Shown: positions 23,000 through 32,398 of the stretch, piece after piece
Layout: each line of letters starts with the position of its first letter
Position numbering within the stretch: position 1 is the first letter of the stretch
Virus record (IMG/VR): IMGVR_UViG_3300033463_000097
DNA length: 64,000 bases
Reading direction: 5' to 3' (one strand)
From: a virus
Program-made: the position numbers and the translations under genes
The notes under the pieces: model-generated
Databases searched by the model: none
Seen by the model: only the letters and a program-made list of their open reading frames with translations
What the model was told of the DNA's origin: nothing

Positions 23000-24529
23000 T
23001 TAAAAAGCGCTCTCTTCCTCTAATTTTATTTTAATATCATCCATTTGAATTAATTCATAGTCCCATCCAGTAGCAAACATAGGTTGGATGCGGCAGCAGC
23101 CCAAATCGGCTTTACACCATAAATAAATACCTTTATACCTGCCGCGTCTATTCTTATAAATAGACATTTTAATTACTGGCTTTGGGAATGTTGATTTTGC
23201 TAGGATATTTTCAAGAGATTTTAAATCTTTCTCTTTCACTGGTAATAGCACAGAACCATAGTCTATTTTATCGGCTATACTCTTAGCGCCACGCAGAAGG
23301 TTTTGGTCAGGAGTTTCGCTATCTTGATAATCAGCGTTTAACTGTGTTGAGGATAGAATAAATACTCCATATTGGTTGCATAGGTCTTTCAATTTATTTG
23401 ATAGCATAAATAGAACATTATCTTCGCGCAATCTTACTCCTCCACTACGCCGCGTAATTTCTTCCAAAATCTTCATACTGGTATGGATATAATCGTGAAA
23501 TACATACTTTACATCGTGGTCTCGGATATTTTTCTTGATATGGTTTTCTATATCTTGTAAAGAGAAATCGGGTAACTCATCGATATATACTTTGCCTTCG
23601 CTTAGCACAGAAGCAGCCTGCATAATGCGTTCTTCTTCATTTCCTTCATATTTACCATTAATGATATGTTCTTCATTTACATTAGCGAGGAAAGCAAGCA
23701 TCATTGTTTGCACTTCTTCTTTTTCCTGCTCGGTAGTGATAAATAAAGTTGGCTGTGGCGCACCTGTCTTAATCCATCCAAGATATTCATCATATATCTT
23801 AGCACATCCTATATAGCAGGCATCGGCAACCATTGCTCTGGACTTGCCAACGCCGGTAGGCGCTGACCGCAAGTAAAACTTTTTTAGTCTCGCCCCGCGA
23901 GTAACAGTATTAATAAATGGCCCATATAGAGGCACACCTACTTCCGGATGAAATTTGAAACTCTCAATGAGTTCATATATTCCATCGCCGGCTTGCTCGG
24001 CTTCTTCATAACAATCATCTACATATTTCATTCTGATATTATCAATCTTTTCGTCGATAATATCAGCTATTTGAGTTAATGTAGAGTTATCTAGAACATC
24101 TTCTTGCTGCTGTCGTTTTTTAGAGTCTAGGATATTGTCAACATCATATATATCACTTATATCAAGTCCAAAATTATCATATGCTCTTAATAGAGAAAAT
24201 TTCTTCACTCTATTATAATAGTAATTAAACGAGTCTGGAATGATAACATCAATAATTTTAGTCAGCCATTCATCACCTTTTTGACTTTTATAAATTGCTT
24301 CGCTTTTTGGTCGCGTTGCTAAGAAGTCATTGATATTCGCCAGCGTGATTGTTTTTGCTCCTAGTTCATGTAATTTGAAGATAGAACCAAAAATCACTTT
24401 ATGAAACTGGTCTGGAAAATCTTCGTCAGTAAGGACATATTTATCTGTTTCGTCCAAAAGTGAAGGATTAGCGAAGACGTTGCCAATAACTTGCATAATT
24501 GCGGTTGTATCTACATATTTAGAACTCAT
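23000..24529 (-). CDS. dnaB: DnaB-family replicative DNA helicase
   Basis: A RecA-like domain with Walker A (PTGVGKSRAM) and DnaB C-terminal motifs. 509 aa with no TAG. Confidence 0.8.
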   Translation of the reverse strand: MSSKYVDTTAIMQVIGNVFANPSLLDETDKYVLTDEDFPDQFHKVIFGSIFKLHELGAKTITLANINDFLATRPKSEAIYKSQKGDEWLTKIIDVIIPDSFNYYYNRVKKFSLLRAYDNFGLDISDIYDVDNILDSKKRQQQEDVLDNSTLTQIADIIDEKIDNIRMKYVDDCYEEAEQAGDGIYELIESFKFHPEVGVPLYGPFINTVTRGARLKKFYLRSAPTGVGKSRAMVADACYIGCAKIYDEYLGWIKTGAPQPTLFITTEQEKEEVQTMMLAFLANVNEEHIINGKYEGNEEERIMQAASVLSEGKVYIDELPDFSLQDIENHIKKNIRDHDVKYVFHDYIHTSMKILEEITRRSGGVRLREDNVLFMLSNKLKDLCNQYGVFILSSTQLNADYQDSETPDQNLLRGAKSIADKIDYGSVLLPVKEKDLKSLENILAKSTFPKPVIKMSIYKNRRGRYKGIYLWCKADLGCCRIQPMFATGWDYELIQMDDIKIKLEEESAF

Positions 24530-25050
24530 ACAGTATTGGCCTCCTCGTCCAAAAATTTAAACAACTTTCTTTTCTTGATTTTCCTCTGCGGGGGTTTAAT
24601 TGTAATTATTATTTCATTGGGTTTATACTCTTCAATATTTTTATCTTCGTTTTGTTGCTGTGCTGCCCAAATGTTGTAATAATAATTATAGGCATCCTAA
24701 TAGATGTATGGAACAATACCAATTCCACCATTTGCTTTTTCAATAGGATTATGTTTAATTTCAAAAAAATAGATTAAACTTCTATGGATACCCGAATAAG
24801 TATATTTCTCTTCTTTAATATATTTATCCAGTTGCTTTTTTATTTTAGGAGTAAGCGAAGAAATATTAAGTAATTTCTTGATATAATCTTCCAATGCTTG
24901 TTTTGCTTTTTCTTCTTCGGTTAGAGATGCTTCATGTTTCTTTGCGCAAGCCTCGTGCGCATATCTATTTGCGCGAGCCATCACAAATGGCTCTTTTGAA
25001 GCATCAAAGGTTTCACCACAGTAAAAACATTTTACTAAGTGTTTTGCCAT
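24526..25050 (-). CDS. hypothetical zinc-ribbon protein (possible helicase loader), 1 in-frame TAG
   Basis: Contains CFYCGETF...HEAC. Its TGA overlaps the dnaB ATG (ATGA). Confidence 0.45.
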
Positions 25051-25105
25051 AACATCACTCCATAAAAAACTAAGCCAGAAAACTTATTTTCTGGCTTAGC
25101 AGGCA

Positions 25106-26083
25106 TTACTTTAAGTCTTCTTTCAATTCAGTAACAACCAGATGAATCAAATCTACCTGGTCGATTGTACTATCCGCAATCTTCTTACCCTTACCGAGAT
25201 ATTTTTCTACGATAGAAACGATACGAGGACCATAATAATTAGGGTCTTTCTGCATCAAGGGAGCAACATAATCATTAAATTCAGCAATTTCAGCATCATA
25301 ATCATAGGTAACCGACTCTGGTGTTGTTGAACGCTCGTCAGTGACAAACTGATTATTATTTTCTTTTGCTTCTTTATCAATTGCTTCGTTCAATGCCTTC
25401 ACTAAAGCATCATAGTCCAAATCGACATCATTCTGCATATATTTGAAGCGACATCCACACTCAATTGTATTATCAAGAGAGCGCATAATGAGTTTGCGGC
25501 TTTTTGATACTTCGTCAATTTGAGCATAGGTGTAAATATCACTCATGTCTTTGGCAATGTTATTAATAGACTTCTGTGCTGTCGGCACAGTCATATTAAA
25601 TTCTGTTCCATCCTTACGCTTGAATGTCTTCTCCTGGTCATGAGAAATGAACACAAGAGCATATCCCTGCATAGTGATGGTGCGGAAGGTTTCTTCAAAC
25701 TCCTTCTTGTATTTAGACCAACCATTATTGCTCCAACCGCCATCGCCGATATTATCAATACCAAGTTGATTACAGATATACTTTTCGCAAGCGCTTCCCG
25801 CAAAATCAACTGTATCAATGATAACTGTCTTAAACTTTTCCTTTACTTCTGGCTTTTTCAGTTCACGAACAACTTCTTTAAGTTCAGACCATTTTTCAAT
25901 TGGCTGAGCGTAAATCCCTGGGATAGCATTATATCCCTTTTCAAAAGCGAGAAGTAGAGCGCCGGGGAATTTGGAGCAAAGGGTGGTTTTACCCACCTTT
26001 GCTGGCCCATAGATGTAGGTAATGTAACCGCTAAGGTCACGAGAAACTTTATTAGGCTGAATAGCCAACAGATTAATAGCCAT
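25106..26083 (-). CDS. AAA_24-family ATPase (Sak4-like recombination/annealing protein)
   Basis: Walker A YGPAKVGKTTL and Walker B VIIDTVD. Confidence 0.65.
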   Translation of the reverse strand: MAINLLAIQPNKVSRDLSGYITYIYGPAKVGKTTLCSKFPGALLLAFEKGYNAIPGIYAQPIEKWSELKEVVRELKKPEVKEKFKTVIIDTVDFAGSACEKYICNQLGIDNIGDGGWSNNGWSKYKKEFEETFRTITMQGYALVFISHDQEKTFKRKDGTEFNMTVPTAQKSINNIAKDMSDIYTYAQIDEVSKSRKLIMRSLDNTIECGCRFKYMQNDVDLDYDALVKALNEAIDKEAKENNNQFVTDERSTTPESVTYDYDAEIAEFNDYVAPLMQKDPNYYGPRIVSIVEKYLGKGKKIADSTIDQVDLIHLVVTELKEDLK

Positions 26084-26101
26084 AGTTACTATCTCTCCTT
26101 A

Positions 26102-27043
26102 TTAGAAGTTGAAACCTCCGGCTGCGGGTGCCGCAGCAGCAGGAGCAGCCTTGGATGCCTTATAATCATCCTGACGCTTCTTAATAGTGGCGAGATAGGT
26201 TTCTCTATCCTCACTAGCCTTTTTGAGGAAGGAAGGTGTCATATCACACTCTTCGTCGGTACCATAACTATAAAGTTCCTTAGCACTACCAGTGATAACC
26301 CAATCCTTGCGGGTACTAGATACTGTTCTCACATTATCTTCGCCCCAAGCAGATTCATCAACGTAGGTCTTGGTAACAGTTTGAGAAATCTGCTTACCCC
26401 AAAGACAAGTAAACACAGGACGTGTAGAAGAGGCTTCAAGCCCTTCATAATAACTAATGGCGCCCGGATTTGTTGCTGTGAATTCCACAGGAAGGATAGC
26501 GCCACGGAAATCAAATACGCAGCCCTTTACAACTGCATGCTCGTCAATCTTGCGCTCTTCATTTGGCTCAACATGAACTACATTGGTGATAACCATATCA
26601 GCCTTAAATGTATTACGCTGACTCTCATCTTCGTTAAGAGTATCGGTAAGATGAACAAAACCACCTTCATTGCGCTTTGCGGAAACAAGTTCCTCAACGC
26701 CATTGCGATTAGAATAAAATTCGTTAAGACCAATGGCAGAGTCAATACGAACCTTAACCGCATTTTCCTTACCGCCATTCATAACAGTGGCATGCTTGCC
26801 TTCTACAATATCCTTGAGGACAGTGTAAGTTGCATTAGCGGCGCCCTTTGTGGTTGTGGCGGTAACATATGTGAAATGGATTGGCACAATATTAGTCAAA
26901 GCATTATCTGTTGCGATATCAAGAGTACCCATGATAAAAGCAGTACCTGGGTTCTTGGAGTTCTCTCCGCTCACGCGGGATTCCAACTTATGGTCGTAAA
27001 CATATCCCTCAATGTGTGAAGTATTAATAAAACTTTTCTTCAT
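26102..27043 (-). CDS. putative phage single-strand DNA-binding protein (DUF2815-like partner of Sak4)
   Basis: Its position next to the AAA_24 gene and an SSB-like C-terminal tail (...AAPAAGGFNF). Confidence 0.45.
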   Translation of the reverse strand: MKKSFINTSHIEGYVYDHKLESRVSGENSKNPGTAFIMGTLDIATDNALTNIVPIHFTYVTATTTKGAANATYTVLKDIVEGKHATVMNGGKENAVKVRIDSAIGLNEFYSNRNGVEELVSAKRNEGGFVHLTDTLNEDESQRNTFKADMVITNVVHVEPNEERKIDEHAVVKGCVFDFRGAILPVEFTATNPGAISYYEGLEASSTRPVFTCLWGKQISQTVTKTYVDESAWGEDNVRTVSSTRKDWVITGSAKELYSYGTDEECDMTPSFLKKASEDRETYLATIKKRQDDYKASKAAPAAAAPAAGGFNF

Positions 27044-27055
27044 TATTTAATCTCC

Positions 27056-27418
27056 TTATTCTTCATCTAAATTTGCATTTTTACCTTTTTCAGTTAACAT
27101 ATAAAATATTGGGTCAGACCCCACTTTTTCAAGATAACCATCAGTTACCAACTTACGAGAACTACCTGAGACACTTCTGGACGACAGTCCAAGAGCCTCT
27201 GCAACATCTTTCGTTTTCCATGTTTCAATATTTTGATTATCTTTAAAAAACTTTAAAATGATTTTGCCATTTTCTGTAAATGGCGGCTTTTCTGTACTTT
27301 TTTCTGCGATGAGGGCTTTCCAGTAATCCCATGCATCATCGGGGATATCGCCATTCTGGACGTGGTCCTCACCAAATAAACGCGACACATAATTAATAAA
27401 TGCTTGTTTCTTTGACAT
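27056..27418 (-). CDS. winged-helix DNA-binding protein
   Basis: A wHTH is predicted in the C-terminal half (DVAEALGLSSRSVSGSSRKLVTDGYLEK). Confidence 0.5.
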   Translation of the reverse strand: MSKKQAFINYVSRLFGEDHVQNGDIPDDAWDYWKALIAEKSTEKPPFTENGKIILKFFKDNQNIETWKTKDVAEALGLSSRSVSGSSRKLVTDGYLEKVGSDPIFYMLTEKGKNANLDEE

Positions 27419-27450
27419 AATATTTATACCTTTCTTTATCTTATATATCT

Positions 27451-27479
27451 ATTATATCATTTTTTTTGTAACTCAGCAA
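27451..27479 (-). promoter_or_regulatory. sigmaA-type promoter TTGCTG-17-TGaTATAAT
   Basis: Upstream of the 27418 start. Confidence 0.5.
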
Positions 27480-28245
27480 CCTTTTTAGCAATCTCTGGTT
27501 TCGCTTCGTCCATTTGCTCTTTCCAATCGTCCCAATAAGAATATGTTAAATCATTTGAATAAGAGTTAATACGATTTACATATCCTTGGAGCATATCGAA
27601 GTCCCGAGCATAACAATGATAACTATTTGCGCGATGGGTATAAGTTCCTATTTTAACACCTACTTGTTCTGCAATCCTAGATTGTAATTGAATAAGTGCA
27701 AAGGCGTTCATAAATGCGGCTTTGCATGCATCATTTGAACGGAATAACACCTTCATATGAAGTTTATTATCGCGGATAAAGAATTGCGCATGTTGCCAAC
27801 AGGCAGGGTCATCACTATACATATCTTCTGAATTATCTCTAATATCAATAACCGCACGACGGGAGTATGGGTTACGCTTTAATTCATCAATTACAAAATC
27901 TATTTGATTAACTTCATGAGTATCAGGAAATTTTGTACAATTATCTACATAGTATCTTGTCATTCTATCGTGATAAGTATAAACCCAATTTCCTTTATAT
28001 ATCTCAAAATCCATAATTCCATCAAGCATCTCTTGGCAATACTGCTCCAAACTCACAGGGTCACAAAAAGATAGTTTACTAATCATATCATCTTGTAAAG
28101 GATGCTCAACTACAAATGTCATAGATACTTCTTTCTGTTCTGTATTCCAATCCGGACATGGAACAATTGGCGCTTCATTTAACATTACCAATGACTGATG
28201 GTAAGCCATTGGTAATGTCTTTCCATAACATAAAATTTCTTCCAT
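27457..28245 (-). CDS. thymidylate-synthase-family enzyme (divergent ThyA / possible dUMP hydroxymethylase)
   Basis: It aligns with the ThyA core: YSRRAVIDIRD to RRIIVSAWN, and DPACWQHAQFFI to APCHAFFQFYV with the catalytic Cys retained. FRSNDA and NAFALIQL match ThyA. The N-terminal GDRTGTG-like motif is absent. Confidence 0.6.
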   Translation of the reverse strand: MEEILCYGKTLPMAYHQSLVMLNEAPIVPCPDWNTEQKEVSMTFVVEHPLQDDMISKLSFCDPVSLEQYCQEMLDGIMDFEIYKGNWVYTYHDRMTRYYVDNCTKFPDTHEVNQIDFVIDELKRNPYSRRAVIDIRDNSEDMYSDDPACWQHAQFFIRDNKLHMKVLFRSNDACKAAFMNAFALIQLQSRIAEQVGVKIGTYTHRANSYHCYARDFDMLQGYVNRINSYSNDLTYSYWDDWKEQMDEAKPEIAKKVAELQKK

Positions 28246-28246
28246 T

Positions 28247-28534
28247 TTACTGATTTACTGCAATATTTGAGGTTGTTGTTCCAGTAGTAAAGTTATTAAT
28301 GCATATGTCGTCCGTATTCGCTGAAGTAGCGCTAGTTAAAGTAATACTACCGGTTGTTCCATTATATGTGGTGGTATAAATATACGGAGAACAGATGCTT
28401 GGAGAAGTATAAGTCCAAGTCGTGCCCTGGCCGTTTCTATATCCTTCCCAGTAGGAATCATCAAGTAATTGTTTTAATTCTTTTTCAGTTAATTCAATTT
28501 TTCCATTCTTATTTAGTGTAAATACTTTAATCAT
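28247..28534 (-). CDS. hypothetical Thr/Gly-rich protein
   Basis: 95-aa ORF with a GGAGG RBS. Confidence 0.45.
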   Translation of the reverse strand: MIKVFTLNKNGKIELTEKELKQLLDDSYWEGYRNGQGTTWTYTSPSICSPYIYTTTYNGTTGSITLTSATSANTDDICINNFTTGTTTSNIAVNQ

Positions 28535-28535
28535 A

Positions 28536-28814
28536 TTAGTCCTCCAAACTTAGTGTATAGCCCTAAATAGAATCGCCTAAATAATAGAGAAAACTATCTA
28601 TTTCATCAATAAAAACTGGTTTACAGTCTATATTAAAATCAGGATTCTATAACTCTCTATATGATACAATATCAAATCCAGTAAGACCATAAGCATGCGC
28701 TTTTTCACGCATGGCATATGGATTGCCGCATACTAATATTCCGTTGTTTTCTTTTGCCAGAAGCATGAGTCTACTTGTTTTTCCAGAACCTCGTTTATCA
28801 ATAATTTGGTACAT
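28536..28814 (-). CDS. small P-loop NTPase (DKRGSGKTS), 1 in-frame TAG
   Basis: Hand translation gives MYQIIDKRGSGKTSRLMLLAKENNGILVCGNPYAM... Confidence 0.45.
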
Positions 28815-28823
28815 AATTTTTCC

Positions 28824-29792
28824 TCATTTTATACTATATCCAAAATCTTTGGCATGAAAATAAAGTTGCCAATAATCTTCGCGTTCGTTTAACTTATCTC
28901 TATCGCACTCTTCTACTACTTCAAAAGTAAAGTTCTCTACTCCAATAGAGTACATAGCGGGATAGAGTTTATTCTATGTCCAGTCCTCGGCACCTACGCC
29001 GCGCTTTACATGCTACTTCCAACGGTCTGCAATATTTGCGGCCTGTCCTACGTAACACATACCATTGTTAATATTGGTAATTTTATATATGCCGGTGCGG
29101 ACATTAGGACCGACCACTCTACCAATCATATCGGTAAGCGGCCTCTCATAATATACTTTATAAATTACTTTATTTAGCGGTGTTTTATCTCGTAGATATG
29201 GAAGTACTTCGCGCAAACGCGCAATCTCAGCAATATCTTCACTGGATAAACATATCCTATAAAAATCTTGCTGTGTTTCCATTGCCATCTTGCGCTATGC
29301 TGCCTCAAGCGCGACTTGAACATCTCGCTAAAGTGCAATTATACGTCCATTCCAATATGAGAATTCTTTTTGCTCTTTTTCAATCGCTTCTTGAAACTCT
29401 TCTGCTGCCTCTTGGAGAGTTTTAGCATACTCTTCTTTTGCTTCTTCTCTGCTAGTTTCTAATTGATTAGCAATATTTTCAATTTCTTTATCAAAACTAT
29501 TCTAAGCAATTTCTAATGCTTGATTATAATAATCCTATGCAGCCTTTGCCTAAGTTTCTTTTAGCGTTTCAAAATGCTACTAAATTTCAACATTTTGAGC
29601 CTAAACAATTTCATAGGTTTTTTCTTCTCGTTCTAACTTTTTAGTTAAAACATTGTACTCTTCTGATAACTATTTATTTTTTTGTTCTAACTCAAAATCA
29701 TACTATTTTGTAGATTGTATTTTCGGTCTTAATATAAGGTATGCCCCACAACATCCTACTATAAGACCGATAAGTATATATAGGATAGTCAT
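28824..29792 (-). CDS. GIY-YIG nuclease domain protein with an N-terminal TM helix plus a glutamine(TAG)-rich coiled-coil; about 14 in-frame TAG
   Basis: GIYKITNINNGMCYVGQAANIADRW...YFHAKDFGYS is a GIY-YIG domain. The reading frame is continuous from ATG 29792 (MTILYILIGLIVGCCGAYLIL...) through track ORF 29013..29288. Confidence 0.5.
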
Positions 29793-29795
29793 AAG

Positions 29796-29829
29796 ATAAA
29801 AAAAACGAGGTGAGTTTTATCCCACCTCG
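29796..29829 (-). terminator. intrinsic terminator (cgaggtg..cacctcg, followed by a T-run on the minus strand)
   Basis: Downstream of the 29843..30109 gene. Confidence 0.5.
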
Positions 29830-29842
29830 TTAATTTACTTCA

Positions 29843-30109
29843 TTACTCAGCGTCAGCGGTTGGATCGAAAGCCATGCCAGCCTCGGTGAGAGAGAGGAAC
29901 TTGACCTGCTTGTGGGTACCATCAGGAAGTTCAACCTCAGCAGGAGTGCGGATACCCAGACCCTTGCGCTGGATAGCACTAGTAAAGATACCGTCGACAG
30001 AACGCTTCTCTAGATGAAGAGCCTCAGCAACGTCAGCAGCGGTCACGTCCTGACCATTAACCTTCTTAAGATAATTGAGAACAGCAGCACTATTTTCCTT
30101 CATAGCCAT
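29843..30109 (-). CDS. hypothetical small protein encoded in a GC-rich (~55%) island
   Basis: Intact 88-aa ORF whose composition is unlike its neighbours. A strong promoter lies upstream. Confidence 0.5.
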   Translation of the reverse strand: MAMKENSAAVLNYLKKVNGQDVTAADVAEALHLEKRSVDGIFTSAIQRKGLGIRTPAEVELPDGTHKQVKFLSLTEAGMAFDPTADAE

Positions 30110-30164
30110 GATAAATAATCTCCTTTTTAAATAAATATTTTTTTAATTTTTTCTTTGTGTAAAA

Positions 30165-30193
30165 ATTATATCAAAAAATTTTTTCTTAGTCAA
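30165..30193 (-). promoter_or_regulatory. sigmaA-type promoter TTGACT-17-TGaTATAAT
   Basis: Exact consensus elements. Confidence 0.6.
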
Positions 30194-30381
30194 GAATTCT
30201 GTAAAATTTCCTAAATCATTTCATCCAATAGGTCTAGGTCTTGCCAATCTGTAACGTGGCTTGTATATTTCATAATGTCTTCCTTAGCCTTTTGGATAGC
30301 ATCTTCATCGGGACTGTTTTGAATACAGAGTTCTGCCTTCGCGATTTTCTTTGCTAATGCTTGTAAATCTTTTTTCTTCAT
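30190..30381 (-). CDS. small hypothetical protein, 1 in-frame TAG
   Basis: Hand translation gives MKKKDLQALAKKIAKAELCIQNSPDED...MIqEILQNS. Confidence 0.4.
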
Positions 30382-30414
30382 GTGAATTATTTTTTCCTTA
30401 ATTTTTACGATTTA

Positions 30415-30443
30415 ATTATACAAAATTTTTTTAAGTTAGTCAA
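30415..30443 (-). promoter_or_regulatory. sigmaA-type promoter TTGACT-17-TGtATAAT
   Basis: Consensus elements; it overlaps the ligA stop. Confidence 0.55.
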
Positions 30444-32343
30444 TGTATTTCGCTAAAAACTCTTCTTCTGTAATGATAGGGATATTGAGTTTCTTCGCGG
30501 CAACATTTTTGGCAGAAGTACTGGTTATATCATTATTAATCAATATATCAGTATTCTTTGTTACTGACGATACAGTTTTACCGCCAGCGCTTTCAATTAC
30601 AGATTGTAATTCTGCTCTATTTTTAAAACGAGATAGCGTTCCGGTAATACAAATTTTCTTACCGGATAAAGTATTACTAGTTTCTTTGGGAGCATCATAT
30701 GAGATATTTAAAATTAAAGTCAGATTATCTGCCTCTGTATAATCAAAATCACGGATAGCATCTAATGTAATATAACCAAAATCGTCTAAAAGGGTAAAAT
30801 CATAATTTTCAATAATTGCTTTCCTAAAATTATTCCATGTGCCAAAAGCCTTTGCCAATGTTTTAGACATTGAAGTTCCAATCAGCGGAATACCAATGGC
30901 GCAAATAAATTTATCTAATTGACAATCTTTACTTGCTTCAATGGCGGCGAGCATATTATCAACAGACTTCTCACCAAAACCAGGTTTTTTAGACCATTCT
31001 ATTTTATATTGTTTTAAATTATAAATATCCTCAATACAATTTACCCAACCATACTCAATAAGTTTTTCTAATGTGGCAACCGAAATACCCTTTACATCAA
31101 GTCCTTTTTTGCCAAGGAAGTGATCTAATTTGTTTACAAGTTTTCCTTCACAAGTAGGATTCATACAGTATAATTCCAAAACTCCAGTATCAGATTCTCG
31201 CTGTTCAGTGGCACCGCCGCAGATTGGACAGATTTTAGGCATATCAATATGCTTATCAGTAAAGAAACTTCGCTTACTGGCTTTACTAATTTGCGGAATT
31301 ATCATATTTGCCTTGTATACCCAAATTCTTTCTCCTACATACGGCAGGGTTCCGAGAATATCACTTGCTACACTAATATTGTGTAAACTTGCTCTTTCAA
31401 CTGTGCTACCATCAATATCTACTGGTTCAAAAATAGCAACTGGCGTTAAAATACCAGTTCTACCCATAGACCATTCAATATCTTTTAGTGTAGTTTCATA
31501 TTCATCATCATAAAATTTATATGCAATAGCATTTTTAAAATGATGACCAGTCTCACCGAGAGATTTACCATAAGCAATATTATCAAACTTGAAAACAACC
31601 CCATCTATTGGATAATTATGGTCTGCGCAGAAGTCTTTTACATCATTTATAGCATATGTTGGATTTTCCTTAACCCAAGGTACAACTTCAAAACCATACT
31701 TCTGTAATGCTTCAAGGTTTTCAGTCACAGTATCAAAACCAATACCTTTGATTACATCCCAAGCAATAAATGTGAGTTTTCGTTGAGCACACACCTTTGA
31801 ATCCAAGAGACGAATAGAACCTGCAGCAAAATTACGAGGATTTTTATAGTTGGTAATGAATGTTTGAAAATCGTTCCACATACAAACTATTTCACCATCA
31901 ACTATTAATTCGTCCTGGTAATCAATCTTTTTAGGGATTGACGGAATTACTTTGGCATTATGGGTAACGTCTTCACCAATAATTCCATTGCCGCGAGTTT
32001 CTGCGGAAACCAATTCTCCATTTAAATAACGCAATGAACAAGTTAAACCGTCCATCTTTGCCATCGCAATAAATTCATGGTTGCCTAAAAAACTATTAAC
32101 TTCATCTTCACTCTTGGTTTTATCCAAAGACAGCATTTTGTGGTTATGCTCTACTTTTGGTAGAGCATTTACCACATCATATATTACTTTTTGAGTTGGA
32201 GAATCGGCAAGCGTAATACCAGTTTCTCGTTCTAAATCAAGGAGTTTAAAATAAAGATTGTCCCATTCTTCATCGGTCATAATGGGATGACCTTCATCAT
32301 ATGCCTTGGTTGCATCATTCAGTTTAGCAACTAATTCTTCCAT
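30436..32343 (-). CDS. ligA: NAD-dependent DNA ligase
   Basis: Adenylation motif AMAKMDGL, the OB/Zn/HhH region, and a C-terminal BRCT domain. 635 aa with no TAG. Confidence 0.9.
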   Translation of the reverse strand: MEELVAKLNDATKAYDEGHPIMTDEEWDNLYFKLLDLERETGITLADSPTQKVIYDVVNALPKVEHNHKMLSLDKTKSEDEVNSFLGNHEFIAMAKMDGLTCSLRYLNGELVSAETRGNGIIGEDVTHNAKVIPSIPKKIDYQDELIVDGEIVCMWNDFQTFITNYKNPRNFAAGSIRLLDSKVCAQRKLTFIAWDVIKGIGFDTVTENLEALQKYGFEVVPWVKENPTYAINDVKDFCADHNYPIDGVVFKFDNIAYGKSLGETGHHFKNAIAYKFYDDEYETTLKDIEWSMGRTGILTPVAIFEPVDIDGSTVERASLHNISVASDILGTLPYVGERIWVYKANMIIPQISKASKRSFFTDKHIDMPKICPICGGATEQRESDTGVLELYCMNPTCEGKLVNKLDHFLGKKGLDVKGISVATLEKLIEYGWVNCIEDIYNLKQYKIEWSKKPGFGEKSVDNMLAAIEASKDCQLDKFICAIGIPLIGTSMSKTLAKAFGTWNNFRKAIIENYDFTLLDDFGYITLDAIRDFDYTEADNLTLILNISYDAPKETSNTLSGKKICITGTLSRFKNRAELQSVIESAGGKTVSSVTKNTDILINNDITSTSAKNVAAKKLNIPIITEEEFLAKYID

Positions 32344-32366
32344 ATTTGCTCCTTATTTACAAATAT

Positions 32367-32395
32367 ATTATATAAAAAATTTTTTATTTAGTCAA
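32367..32395 (-). promoter_or_regulatory. sigmaA-type promoter TTGACT-17-TATAAT
   Basis: Upstream of ligA. Confidence 0.55.
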
Positions 32396-32398
32396 ATA

